In this document: positions 1 to 12,012 of the stretch, one piece after another | How the letters are laid out: the number at the start of each line of letters is the position of its first letter | Position numbering within the stretch: the stretch's first letter is position 1 | Source of the DNA: Takakia lepidozioides | Lineage: Eukaryota; Plantae; Bryophyta | Direction of reading: 5' to 3' | Assembly (NCBI GenBank): GCA_030704615.1 | Contig: CM060732.1 | Coordinates: forward strand, 23,808,001 to 23,872,000 | Length of the DNA: 64,000 nt | The notes under the pieces: generated by a model | Databases searched by the model: none | Told to the model about the DNA's origin: nothing | Seen by the model: only the letters and a program-made list of their open reading frames with translations | Translations under genes and position numbers: made by a program

Positions 1-1767
1 ACCACCCAACCAACTAACTTTAGGGTTTAACATGCATTCAGGGCTGAGTCTGATGAGAGGGCAAAACAGGCTGCAATAGGTTGAAGAAGAAGGTGCCCTC
101 ACCACCACCCAACCAGCGTACTTACAGAATTAAACATGGTCAAAAACTAGGTTTGTAAGACTCGTAGGAAAGGTAATGTGACTTACCTTGGAAGAGAGAG
201 AGAGAGAGAGAGAAGAGAGAGGTTTAAGGGATCCCACCACCATCTTGTTAGCCTCCTTAGTGGGGGTGGCAGTCCTAGCAGGCCGCTTGATATAAGGAGT
301 CATTTGTGGACGAGCTGGCTCAAGCTTGTCAGCACTGTCCACGTCCTCCTCCTCCGCGCTCTTGCACTCTGGAGTAGTCTGCACTACGAGTCGCAGCACT
401 ATCCTCCTCCGAGTTCCTCTCCAAGTCGCTCGACTCCTTCTCCCCCACACCCATGTGAATAGGAGTATTTGCACTCAAACGACTACTTCTTCGCAATGGG
501 CCATTCCACACATAACGGGCTTTTCGCGAGGCGCACTCTTTCTCTCTACAGTAGGAACTCGGAGAACAATCGCGAGAGGGAGTCAGCAGTGTGTAAAAGC
601 GACTTATGCAAAAAAAACGCGAAAGACTGTGTGTGTGAGTAGAGAAAAAGTGAGAGACTTGTCGCGACGTTGTCCATGTCCCAGGTTGCATCAGACGGTC
701 CACGTCCATCCAGCGGCGGAGATGGGATGTGGACACGTCGTTTTTTTTCAAAATAAAAATTAGGGTATAAAGTAACCACTACCTTAATGTCCATAACAAC
801 TGCTGATTGCTGACATGGCAGTCAGTGAGGGGCTATTGTAATCTAGGGACGTCGTTTATGTAACACCAGCGAGTTTGGCCCATGGCAACGCATGGGAGGC
901 TACATTGGGCCAGGAATGAGGGGGAGCGCAATGCAAGTGTTACTTGAGCAAATGAGGAGCTGAGAATATGAGCCAAACAATGAAGGAGGAGGGGAGCACT
1001 GTATGTAGAGTAGTGGAGCGTGGAGACTGCATTGACTTACCCATGACTGCCCTTCTGTTGCCATTGTAACAACTAGGCTTTGTTCTTGGCTATTCTTTGG
1101 GCACAGAAGGCTTCGCATGCGAGCATCCCATCCTCTTCTCCTGGGGTAAGTGACTCCTTTTCTCCCCCACCATTAGATTCAGCAACGACTCTTGCCAAAT
1201 CGTCTCCAGTGTAATTGTCATTCTTGTGTTTTGGGCTGCGTTCACTATCTGCCATAGAAGGACTCTCGGCCTTTTGCAAAATTGGGAAGAGAGAGTATAG
1301 TACTACACCCTACAATGTCAACATTCAAATTGATTGATGGCTTAGGCTGTAGATACAAGCACATGACAACAAATGGGCTGACGCTTGATGCCAAGAAGAG
1401 ATGCAACAAATGGGCTGGGCTGCTGCTCACCACCTTAAAGATATCCAATCTTAAAGCATTATACCTTGTAGCTAGAAGTAGGGTCTGCTAGCTCATTAAA
1501 TGAGTGGTTAAATCCGCTCCAAATATTATTAGGAAGGTGGTTTGTAGATCACAACAGTCATGTTTTTCCATTTTCTGCACTGTCACAGTCATACTCACTC
1601 TTTGTATAGTTGTAAAGTAGAATGATGACCTCTGAAACAATCACTCACAAAGTGGTTTTTTACAAGTCTATGAGTACTGACAGTAGGTTGTTGTAAGTCC
1701 TTCTTAGGGACTTAGTCTATTAATCCTGATTCTCCCCCTCATACCAGGCAAGGGATTCCTTAGCATC

Positions 1768-4700
1768 ATGGAGCCTGATAGAGCGGCTGCCCACCTGCTC
1801 CGATGTCGAGAGCGTGACGATGCTCTTTGGCAACGTGAACAGGCCCGGTGTCGAGAGCGTGACGATGCTCTTTGACAACGTGAAGAGGCCCGGTGTCGAG
1901 AGCATGGTATCAACAAGTGCACATGCCCTTGCAGGAAATGTAAGGGTGGAGGACGACCTGTTGCGTTAGATAGAGTGAGAAAACATCTAATGGAGATTGG
2001 TCGATCCCATGCGTTCAGATCCTGGAGAGGAGCAAGGAGGCATGCTTCTGACGATGAATGGGAAGAGGAGGCCATGGAGGTCGGTCAGGATGTAGCTTCA
2101 GCAAATGGAGGGATTAATTGGGATCATGTTGCTGGAATTGCAGGACAGCCTCACCGGACACATGGACAACTGGATATGAATGTTGAGGTGCAGCGCATGA
2201 TCCAAGAGACCTTTCAGATCATAGACACACCGGAAATTGCAAATGGGGCAGAAGTGGAGTTAGATGATATAGATGTTCAATGTGACACGAACACCCCAGA
2301 AGAAGCCCATGACCCGGTTGCGGGTGGGGACTCTCACACTGATGATCCCATCTCATTGGAAGAGGCATGTCTACTTTTATATGAAGGCTGTAAATCCTCT
2401 AAGCTTGCAGCCACCATGCTTATAATGAATCTATGCGCAACACATGGGGTTACAAATGGCTTTGCGGAGGAAATGTTCTCTTTGCTGCAGAAAACCTTGT
2501 TGCCACAACCAAACGTACTACCCACATCTTTCTACCATGCAAAGACCATGGTGAGCAAGCTTGGGCTTGCTTATGAGAAGATGCTTGCCCAAAGGGGTGT
2601 GAGTTGTTTAGGGGGGACTTGAAAACTTCAGAGAGTTGCCCCAAGTGTCAAAGAGCCCGATTCAAAAATGTGGGGAGATCCAAGGTACCTTTTAAGGTGC
2701 TTCGACTTTTCCATTGATACCACGCCTTTTGCGTATGTATAGATGTTATTCTATTGCAGAATTAATGACCTGGCACAGTCGGAATGCAAGCAATGATGGC
2801 CTTGTGCATCATGCAGCTGATTCAAAGGCTTGGAAACACATTGATGCTATTTGGCCCGACTTTGCAGCAGAGCCTCGCAATGTAAGGCTTGGTTTTTCCT
2901 TCGATGGAGTCAACCCGTTTGGTGATAAGAACAATTGCTGGTCAACATGGCCAGTGTTGACGCTGGTATACAACCTACATCCATGGCTCACTACAAAGAA
3001 GTTCTTTGTCATGCTTACTCTCTTGATTCTAGGAAAGCAGTCACTTACAAGTGAGCACATAGATGTGTACTTAGCACCACTGATGGAGGAGTTACTTGTT
3101 TTATGGAGGGGGGTTCGGGCATATGACATATGCAAACCTGTTGGTGAGAGAGCCTTCGTACTATGCGCCATACTACTGTGGAGCATCCACGATTTTCCTG
3201 CTTATGGCCTACTTGCAGGATGTGTCCCAAAAGGCTACAAAGGGTGTCCAGTATGCGGTCCTCACGTAGATGCAAGACACTCTAAAGTTCTGGGCAAAAC
3301 TGTCTATCAAGGTCACCGCAGGATCCTCCCTCAGGCCCATCCATACCGCAGGAACCGCATACACTTCAATGGACAGGTGGAGATAGATGCGTGCGAAGCC
3401 ACATCCATTCACACCGGTTGAACAAAAGGCCGCTGGTGTTGAGGTGAAGGTTATGACCTTGATCCCCGTGCTTTTACTGATCCTGAAGTTCATCCAGCCA
3501 AGGTTCATGGTATCAAAAGGCGTAGCTGCCTATGGGATTTACCATACTAGAAGGTACCCCCTGCACTTGTACTTGTTTGAGTTCAATGTTCTTTGTAAAT
3601 GGAAAAGGTAGTGCCCCTGTAGTGGTTACTTCTTACTTTCCGAGTGGTAAAGTAGCAGTGTTGCATGTAATTTGGACTTCACATTAATAACTCGTAGAGT
3701 GGTAAGAGGTAGTATCCATGATGCTTAGGAAGTTGTTGACATCACTTGAGAGGCTAATAATGCACTAAATGAGTTGTTTGAACCACTGAAGAGGGACTGT
3801 CAAGCATCACAACCACTTTAGAAGTATATAATGCTCATAAAAGAATATGATTTGTATAGGACTGCAATCTGTCGGAATGTTCCTGAAATGGTGTCACCAA
3901 TTGCAGGATCTGTTGCAACGCTACTTACTGGATCCCATGCATTGCGAAAAGAATATTTGTGAAAACTTGTTGAAGACGATTTTCGGACGGAATGACACGG
4001 TGAAGGTGAGGAATGACATGGAGGTAATCGGCATCTGACGTCACTTGTGGCTTCGGCCTGATCCACAGAACCCTTCACGTATCATGAAACCAACAGCACT
4101 GTATGTTCTCACTCCCGCTGAAATCACGATATTTCTTGATACTTTGGGGGCTATCAAAAGTTCTTCGGGATTTGCAGGTGCATTTCAGAAACACATACAC
4201 CCGTCTAGGAAACATTTGACAAGTATGAAGTCCCATGATTATCACGTTTTAATGCAACAGATTTTATCTGTGTGTACTCGCCATTGCATGGCTCCAGGCC
4301 CATGTGGGGTTATTATGCGTGTGAGTCGCATTTTCCGCCGGATTTGTGCCAAAGTATGGGACCCTAATGAAATAGATTCATTGCGTGAGGATGTTGCTAT
4401 AACCTTGTGTCAGTTAGAGAAAGAGTTCCCCCCTTCTTTCTTTGATGTCATGACCCATTTGCTAGTTCATCTCGTAGATGAACTAGACACATGTGGTCCG
4501 GTGTCTTCACGGTGGATGTATCCCATGGAGCGTTACATGAAAGATCTCAAGGGATACGTTAGGAATTACGCAAAGCCAGAAGGGAGTATGGCTGCAGGGT
4601 ATGTTCTTGATGAGGCCATGGGGTTCATGAGTGAGTATGTGCAATCATTTGATGCAACTCAATGGCGGATGGGAGGAAGGGGTTGAGAACGAGGTCTTGG

Positions 4701-4800
4701 AAGGTGTCGGCAAAAAGCGGGACATAAGTGGAGCTGAGAGGGATGCAACACATTTGTATGTGTTGAACAATACCAATGTGATGGTTCATTGGGTGCAGTG
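1768..4800 (+). pseudogene. CACTA TnpD-type transposase pseudogene
   Basis: N-terminal CPCRKC...VRKHL transposase-associated motif; HAADSKAWKHID..WPDFAAEPRNVRLG..DGVNPF; IDVYLAPLMEELLVLW; HDFPAYG; CPVCG; DPMHCEKNI; MKSHDYHVLMQQ; FPPSFFDVMTHLLVHLV; WMYPMERYMKDLKGYVRN. Broken by frameshifts and stops (e.g. ~1873, ~3548, ~4036). Confidence 0.95.
1805..1902 (+). repeat. 45-bp tandem repeat (about 2.2 copies) in the transposase N-terminus
   Basis: Unit GTCGAGAGCGTGACGATGCTCTTTGGCAACGTGAACAGGCCCGGT encodes CRERDDALWQREQAR; the second copy has TGG>TGA. Confidence 0.9.
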
Positions 4801-5019
4801 AATTCTTCTTTTCATTGCACCTTATTCATATCAAGTTCAATTGCACTGTCACCAGTGTAATAAAACCACCCACAAAGTCACAAATGTCAGTGGTTCATCG
4901 TGATTATAACCACTTCTGTAGTAACGGAATGTCTAAGTGAGTGATTTTTTGGAAGAGCATGTTCATTTACAAGTCATTCTGCTCACTCATCCAGTGGTTT
5001 TCAAAGTATCATTCATACT

Positions 5020-5860
5020 AGGTATTTTTTGCAAAGTAATGCAACACTTCATTGCTAACATGTGTCATTCTTGTTGCCATTTTGTGACAGAAAGTATGCA
5101 ACAGATAATGCACAGTTCACTGCAGACAGAGAGGCATGTGCTCGTGAGTGGCGTGCCAATCGTCGACGTCACCGCAGCCTTCCGGTGCCATACCCTCCCC
5201 ATTTGTTGGATTCTCCACCCCTACCGGTATGGATACGTTGTGTTGTCCAGGCCCATGTCGCTGAGCATAGTGTTGAGGATACGGATGTAATTCATTTGTC
5301 TATTCCCCCCTCATTGAGATCAGCTTCATTTCAAGGCATATATGAAGGCATATGGAAATCATTATCGAGTGGATGACACGGAGAACTCTCACAGATCCAC
5401 TTATGTTACCAAAAGTACTGTACTCTTTCAGTTTTTAATTGTAGTTGACATTCCTCATTCTCTAGCTTTCAATACCATCAGTATATGTATGTATTCATGA
5501 GTTGATTCATATGCATTTTGTGGTGGGTGTTGGGTGCAGTTTAAGATGAAGGACAAAGTCCACCTGTATGATCCTTTATCATCACGACATAGGGTCGGCA
5601 CTGGAGTTGTCACTAGTGTGCCTGGCAAAGACACATATCACTGTCGAGTTATTCCTGAAGGCATGTACCGTGTTGAGGTCCAGTATGTCCATGTTTCACA
5701 TTGTGTGTTGCCTCATCCTAATGAGGAAGATGACCCACCGCAAACCGAGTTGGACCACGTCCTTGGTAGGAACACCCTTTAGCCAGAGAAGAACCCGATG
5801 AGGGGTTAGAAGTATGGTTCGCCCGTATAAACATTGCTGACAGTGAGGAAAAAGCATGAA
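5020..5860 (+). pseudogene. CACTA second-gene remnant (Tnp1/TnpA-like C-terminal domain)
   Basis: ORF 5534-5782 (VGTGVV..HCRVIPEGMYRVEVQYV..LPHPNEEDDPPQTELDHVLGRNTL*) matches the Tnp1-like pattern, with a stop where Trp is expected. Confidence 0.65.
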
Positions 5861-6109
5861 AGTAGTTCATGGCTTTTAGCATGCTTGCGGAGATGTAGTG
5901 TAGATGTAGTATGTCACCCTTTATCATGGCTGGATTCTATTGACTCTGTTCCAGCACTTTCTCTCTTGGATTCTATTGTGTTTTTTGAATGGTGAATCTT
6001 CAAGAATATTTGGGTTACTATGCATATTCGCTTGGAATGTATGGGAATTGCATGAGAATGTATGAATCACTTGCACACCACTCTGTTAGTGGTATATGTG
6101 AGACTGTCA

Positions 6110-7010
6110 TAGTAGGCAAGAGTGGTTGTATGCCTCCAGATGCAGCCATAACCACTAACATACCACTCTGGCAGTAATAATTCCAATATGTGGTCCCTTA
6201 TGGACACAGTGAGTGGTTTTAGCACACAACCTAACCACTACATCAATACTGGTACAACCACTCGGTCCGTGGTTTTAGCACACAAAGTAACCACTACTGC
6301 AATAATGCTACAACCACTCAGTAGGTGTCTTAGCACACAACCTAACCACTACCTCAATACTGTTAGAACCACTCAGAAAGTGGTTTTACCACACATCCTA
6401 ACCACTATTGCAATACTGGTAGAACCACTCAATAAGTGATAATATACATTGTTTATTCTCGTTTCATGACTATTCTTGTTATTCAATGCTCACTCACAGA
6501 GTTGTTTGTGTAGTCATTGCATTTTTCAGCGCATCCCTAAAATAGGGCACGTGCTAATTTGCAATATCGCCACGTGTTCAGATCATGGTCAACATAACTG
6601 TGCAACCGGATTCGTCCACGTGTCCATATGGATACGGACACGTGTCCGTCCATTGCTAAGTATGATCGACGGAGTTGATGCGTCCACGTCGCATACGGTG
6701 GAAGTGGTTGGAATCACTATGTTCTGAAGTGGTTAGTTTGCCACTGTACCACGTCAGACGTGATTTGGCTTACCACTGTGACACGTCATAAGTGGTTATT
6801 TTACCACTGTGAACGTAAGCGAACAGCTGGACTCGGAGGCAAGTTGTCGTAACCAATGTCTTTAACCACTTCGGACACGTCATGTCTTCAACCACTGCTG
6901 AATCAAGATCCATTGGTTCTAGACCACTCTGGGGCCAGAGTGGTTGGGTGTCTTTTCCCACTCAAAATGAGTGGTTGCTAGAGTGGTTATTCCGCGTTTT
7001 TCCTCTAGTG
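6110..7010. repeat. CACTA subterminal repeat array plus right terminal inverted repeat
   Basis: Many AACCACT and AGTGGTT motifs in both orientations, ending in TAGTG at 7006-7010. Confidence 0.85.
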
Positions 7011-7289
7011 GGGGATGGTCAACGTGTGTAACTCCATATGACATTCATTGGGGGTGTTGCAGCTGCCCAGCGGGGCAAGATGCCGACACTAGCAGCCTTC
7101 ACAGGTGCAATGAGTTGGCCTGGAGAGTTGCTAGAAGGCAATGCTCATGCAGAGGATGTGCCACCTCCAGTAGAACATGATGATATGCATGGTACAGCGG
7201 AGTTGCCCTGCATGGTTGCTCACACTCCACTGTGGGGCACGAGCAAGGATTTGCAGCAGGCTGCTGATAGACAGGTGCAACAAGCCTGG

Positions 7290-8080
7290 GTAGTCATCAA
7301 GTTGGTCCACCATAATCGTGGGCGATGAGCCCGTGACCCCACTGCAGCTGCATTCAGCAACACTTCTGACCCATGCCAAGACCGCACTTGATGCACACTG
7401 GCCATCACCTTGGCCTGAGAATCACCCATCACTGGCACATTCTCCAAGATATATGCCGGAGAGTCTGTCTGCTAAAGCTGTAAATAGCACAGGACCCTCA
7501 ACATCTCCCAAAACAGGCGTGACCTCGAGTCTTGTAACCCATTGTCATGCCCGGCTGATGAATGCCCCTGGCAGGGCCAACCTACCACTACCAATTGAAT
7601 AGGGCCAACCCGCTCCAAATCATGGGCCCCCAACAAAGAGATGTCTGCTGGCAAGGCTTGCTGGTATCCACGAACTGCAGACACTGACAACAAATCAGGG
7701 TATTGCTGCACCAACTGAGCAACATGGCTCAGTGAAACTCGTCGTGCAGTCTCATCCCTCTCCATATACAGGTAATGTCGAACTCGTACACCTGCTTGCA
7801 GCACTGCAACCAATCCAATGTTGATCCCGCCAAACAAGTCCAGAAGGCATATGCCTTCATCCGGGCACTGCCACACAATAGGTGTGGTGTCCAATGGCGA
7901 CAACTGAGGTGGTCCTGGTGCAATCACTGCACTCTTCTCCTCTCCTGACGGTACAATCCCCCGAGATGCTACCCCCACCAGACTTCTCTCACTTGGGTCC
8001 GTGCAAGGCTGACTTCCAGCTCTGCCTCTCTGCATGGGGCCTATCAGATAACATACACCAGCAACTCCCCCCCCCCCCAT
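7290..8080 (-). pseudogene. Intronless C5-cytosine DNA methyltransferase remnant (DNMT3-like catalytic domain)
   Basis: One reading frame carries motif I LLDLFGGINIG (~7823-7846), II YLYMERDE, III PADI and catalytic IV GWPCQG (~7565-7582). A single in-frame TAG (7472-7474) is followed by VI YILENV (~7436-7453) and VIII AHRPRLWWTNL (~7298-7330). Motifs IX/X were not recognised. Confidence 0.9.
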
Positions 8081-8489
8081 CCTGCATCAACTCATCTCAG
8101 TCTTATCAAGGTATCATCACAGATGGAGACCCTGGAAAATGCCTCTGCCCAGGAGATGAAGAACATTAGGCAACTAGAAACGTGGGGGGCTGCATATGCT
8201 CTGCAGTCAACTTGGCTTGTTGAATGCTTGCATAAGAGATGAGGGGTTGCTGTCAGTACACGACATTGAGTTCATCAAATCCTACAACAGCCCATCATCG
8301 CTGCCCACTGCTTACAAACTGCCACAAAAACAGTTTCACAGGACTTACAGATAATTGGTGGAAGGCAAGGCGCAATGTGTGACTAGGGCAATATATGTCA
8401 TAGCAGCGGGTGACGTGCTGCCAATTTTGAGGATAGAGACAGCTTGTAAGCTGTAGATTTGTATCAGTGGTTTCTTCTGACACATATTG

Positions 8490-9590
8490 CTCCCAGTTTG
8501 CCACAACCAGTTTTGTTTGCGTTTGTAGTGCATGTGCGAGCCTGCTGGGGAAGGGCAAAGAGGTCCATGGTTGCATCATCAAAGCTGGAATTGTGGCAGA
8601 TGTCATTCTGAACAATACCCTTGTGGACATGGAGTGTTCAACAATATGGCTGAGCAAAATGTGGTGTCGTGGAACGTGCTAATCGCAGGACATGCACAAC
8701 AGGGGTGGGGATTGCAGGTTTTGGAGACCTATGAGCAAATGGTTTGGGAGGGGGTGAAGTCCGACCACAACTTATGTTTGTTTGTGTTTGTAGTGCATGT
8801 GCGAGCTTGCTGGAGAAGGGCAAAGAGATCCATGGCTGCATCGTCAAAGCTGGAATTGTGGCAGATGTCATTCTAAACAATACCCTTGTGGATAGGGAGT
8901 GTTCAACAATATGGCTGAGCAAGGTGTCATGGAACGTGCTGATCGCAGGACATGCACAATAAGGGCGGGGATTGCAGGTTTTGGAGACCTATGAGCAAAT
9001 GGTTTGGGAGGGGGTGAAGTCCGACCACAACTTACGTTTGTTTGTGTTTGTAGTGCATGTACGAGCGTGCTGGAGAAGGGCAAGGAGATCCATGGCTGCA
9101 TTGTCAAAGCTGGAATTGTGGCAGATTTCATTCTGAACAATACTCTTGTGGAGATGTATGCCAAGCTCAAAGAGGAATTGGAGACATATGAGCAAATGTT
9201 GCGGGAAGGAGTGCAGCCTGGCCGGGTCGAGGCCAAGAGGGCAAAGAGGTCCATGGTGACATCGTCAAAGCTGGAATTGTACCATATGTCATTCTGAATA
9301 GTACCCTTACATAGACATGTATGCCAAATGTGGGTGCATCAAGGATGCAAAGGGAGTGTTCAACAATATGGCTGAACGAAATGTGGTATGATCATGGAGC
9401 CCATGATTGCAGGATATGTACAGTGGGATGGAGTCCTTGAAGACCTCTAAGCAAATGGTGCATGAATTAAGGTGTGCTTAGCCCATTGACCACATCAGGT
9501 TTCTTTGTGTTTGCAATGCGCATTGTATGTGCAAGCTTGGCAGCCCAAGAAAAGGACAATTTATAAGGTCCATGGTGACATTATAAAGGG
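8490..9590 (+). pseudogene. PLS-class PPR gene fragments, tandemly duplicated in ~260-bp units
   Basis: Repeated FVCVCSACASLLEKGKEIHGCIVKAGIVADVILNNTLVDM / VFNNMAEQNVVSWNVLIAGHAQQG, with YAKCGCIKDAKGVFNNM at ~9320-9370. Frameshifted; a further scrap lies near 9850-9930. Confidence 0.9.
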
Positions 9591-10069
9591 GTGTTTGCTG
9601 AGATCATGAGATCGGATCTTTGCTCTGGTCATAGATTGAAAACAAGTCTAGGGTAGTTTATGTCTAACCTCATTTTCAAGGACAGTCTTTGGGCACCAAA
9701 CCTCTACAGTTTTGGACACAACCCCCTCTAGGTCTACTCCCATTACGAGGATCAGAAATGCTTGGGGGCTTACATGCATGGAGCTGCGATGCTTAGACAT
9801 CGGGAAATTACATTCTCTTTTGCTCTTTGCATCTGTTTACCGGTTCCTGGTGACATAGTCAAAGCTGGAAATGTACTAGATGTCAGCCTGAACACTGCCC
9901 TGAAGCCTAACCTGGAGTTATTGCCAATGTGGCAGTAGGAATTATCCAAAAATAGATAACATAGATGTGGAGAAGCTCGTTGGTGAATCTATGGTGGTTT
10001 TGTAGTGATTTTGACATATTACTGTAGGTAGGGTCGGGGTGATTCCTCGAAGAACTTCACGCCGTCAGT

Positions 10070-11790
10070 GTCAGCTGCTAGCAGCAAGGCTGAAGATGTA
10101 TTCATGGTTTGTACACAGGCATGGATAGCTGAAGGACCAGGGATAGAGTGCGGGTCCAGATTCATAAGAGGGCCAGATTTCAAGTGAAGAAGATGTACGA
10201 TCGACATCCAGACAAAGAATATTAACACTTTGATAAGGTATGATTTGGACTGAATATGTTGTCTTCATGGCTGACATGAGGCTTTTCACAGATTCTCACC
10301 TCTTTGTCATGGTAGGCATGATGGTACATCCACAAGCTGTAGTGCCTTTGGATGAGAAGCAGTCCCCTCACAAAGTATACCGCTCGTTTTCTCAAGATCA
10401 TACCAATTCTTTGCCTAGTAGAATGCTACGCTATCCTTTTCACTCTGAAACAAAATCCACTTGTCATGTAGGGTTGGAGTAGCCCTGCCTGAGTTACCAT
10501 CACACCCTCTCTTATTGTGTGGGCGACAACCTGACTAGATTACCATGATTGATTATTTTCAAGATCTTCAGGAACACTCAATCAGCTGACATGATTGCTG
10601 TTAGCTGTGTCAAGTCGCAATCTCAAGCTTAGAATGGAACCTCAAGGCTGGCTTGGTAGAGCAGGGACTATTCCCCTATGGGTGCTTATTACATGTATTC
10701 TTACCTCTGGGCTTGCAATTTTGTGCAACAAGCCTGATGGACTGGAGAAGGCTTATGTAAGGCTGACAACTAATTATGATGCGTTGGATATGGCAAACAA
10801 AGTGTGTATCATCTAGAGTGGTTCTTGTTGTTTGGAACTGGGTTGGTTTGAGAGGTGTTTTGTAAGTTTTGTAGTTTTGCAAAATGCTTTTCATGAGTTT
10901 CATCCATAAACGTGTGTTAAAATATCTGGCTTTAGAACAATTATGTTTTGATAGCTTTCATAGTTATGTGCTAATGACTGCTAATGAAGGCACCTTCTTC
11001 AATTTCACCTTGTTTTCCCCTCTTATCAAAATCGCCCCTAATTATTCATGTCTGAATTCTACAAGTTAGCTGGTTGAGTGAAGCTTTGATAGTTTGGAGT
11101 GACTTTGACATGATTCTGCCAATGTGACAACAGGAAAGTATCAGAAACAGGTAACACAGACGAGGAGAAGTTGTGGAATGAATACTTTTCTGACCCCAAT
11201 CAATGGTGGGACAATCGAGGCAAGAAGGTGAATGTTTGTTGGATTATAGAGAGTAGCAGATGCAATTGAGCGTAGGAACTAGTGTGATAAGTTGAGTTGG
11301 GTGCTTCCTAGAACGAGTCTAGGTTGTCATCGTCAACTGCTAGCAACAAGGCAAGGTTGTATGCATGATTCGTGCGAGGTATGGATAGCTGAAGGAGCAG
11401 GGATAGAGTGTGGGTGCAGATTCACCCAAGAGGGCCGGACTTCAAGCTCCAGATTAACTATGAAGCTACAAGAAACCTGCATGGGTAGATGGTCAACTGG
11501 CAGCAACGACACAATTGATAAAATCAGACATTGTAATGAAGGCATCTTCTTCAGCACATTTCACCCTGTTTTTCCCTCTTATCATAATCGGCCCAAAATT
11601 TCCATGTTGAATTCTGCAAGTTAGCTGGTTGAGTGAATCTAGTTTGGAGTGACTTTGACATGATACTGCTATGTAACAAGGGATAGAGTGTGGGTCCAGA
11701 TTCATCCTAGAGGGCCAAATTTCAAGCACAAGATTACCTATGATTCCCTGTGGATCAATAACTACAAGAAACCTCCATGAGTAGATGGTC
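10070..11790. repeat. Locally shuffled duplicated blocks
   Basis: Block A (GGATAGAGTGYGGGTCCAGATTCA..GAGGGCCAGATTTCAAG) at ~10070-10184, ~11330-11495 and ~11680-11790. Block B (AATGAAGGCA..TTCTRCAAGTTAGCTGGTTGAGTGAA..GACTTTGACATGAT) at ~10983-11120 and ~11535-11670. Confidence 0.85.
10184..10816 (+). pseudogene. RPL23A: 60S ribosomal protein L23a (uL23) 3' gene fragment retaining its intron
   Basis: 10184-10237 reads VKKMYD(+4 nt)IQTKNINTLIR followed by a GT donor. 10732-10816 reads [27 protein letters not shown], matching the conserved L23a C-terminus [28 protein letters not shown]. The acceptor is damaged. Confidence 0.88.
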
Positions 11791-12012
11791 TATTCCGTGG
11801 AACTCTCTGAAGTCTTGCATTATGAGGATCAGAACTGCTTGGCAGCTTATTTGCACGAGGCCTTGACCCTTAGGCAATCCCCAGAGCAGCAGTAGCTTTT
11901 GGGCTGCTTTTTTACTTTGTTTTTTTCATTTTGTCCCATAAGCTCTTTGAGCTTTCCGCAGATGTAATAAAGTACCATTTTGTTTTATTTCATTCATTTT
12001 CATTTCATTTTG
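11788..12012 (+). mobile_element. 5'-truncated LINE 3' end (same family as the intronic copies at 53-63 kb)
   Basis: Aligns by eye to 55405-55632: TATGAGGATCAGAA..GCACGAGGCCTTGAC..TTGTCCCATAAGCTCTTTGAGCTTTCCGC..TAAAGTACCATTT, followed by an (ATTTC)-like tail. Confidence 0.85.

Larger units (their letters stand above)
1..7010 (+). mobile_element. CACTA/En-Spm DNA transposon, decayed; right end at 7010, left end presumably upstream of the window
   Basis: Ends ...TCCGCGTTTTTCCTCTAGTG (reverse complement CACTAGAGGAAAAACGCGG) after dense AACCACT/AGTGGTT subterminal repeats. Contains TnpD-like and Tnp1-like coding remnants. Whether bases 1-1700 belong to the element is less certain. Confidence 0.85.

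Noticed and set aside
130-1491. ORFs at the window start
   Set aside because: Short, overlapping and low complexity, with no recognisable motifs; probably transposon non-coding sequence.
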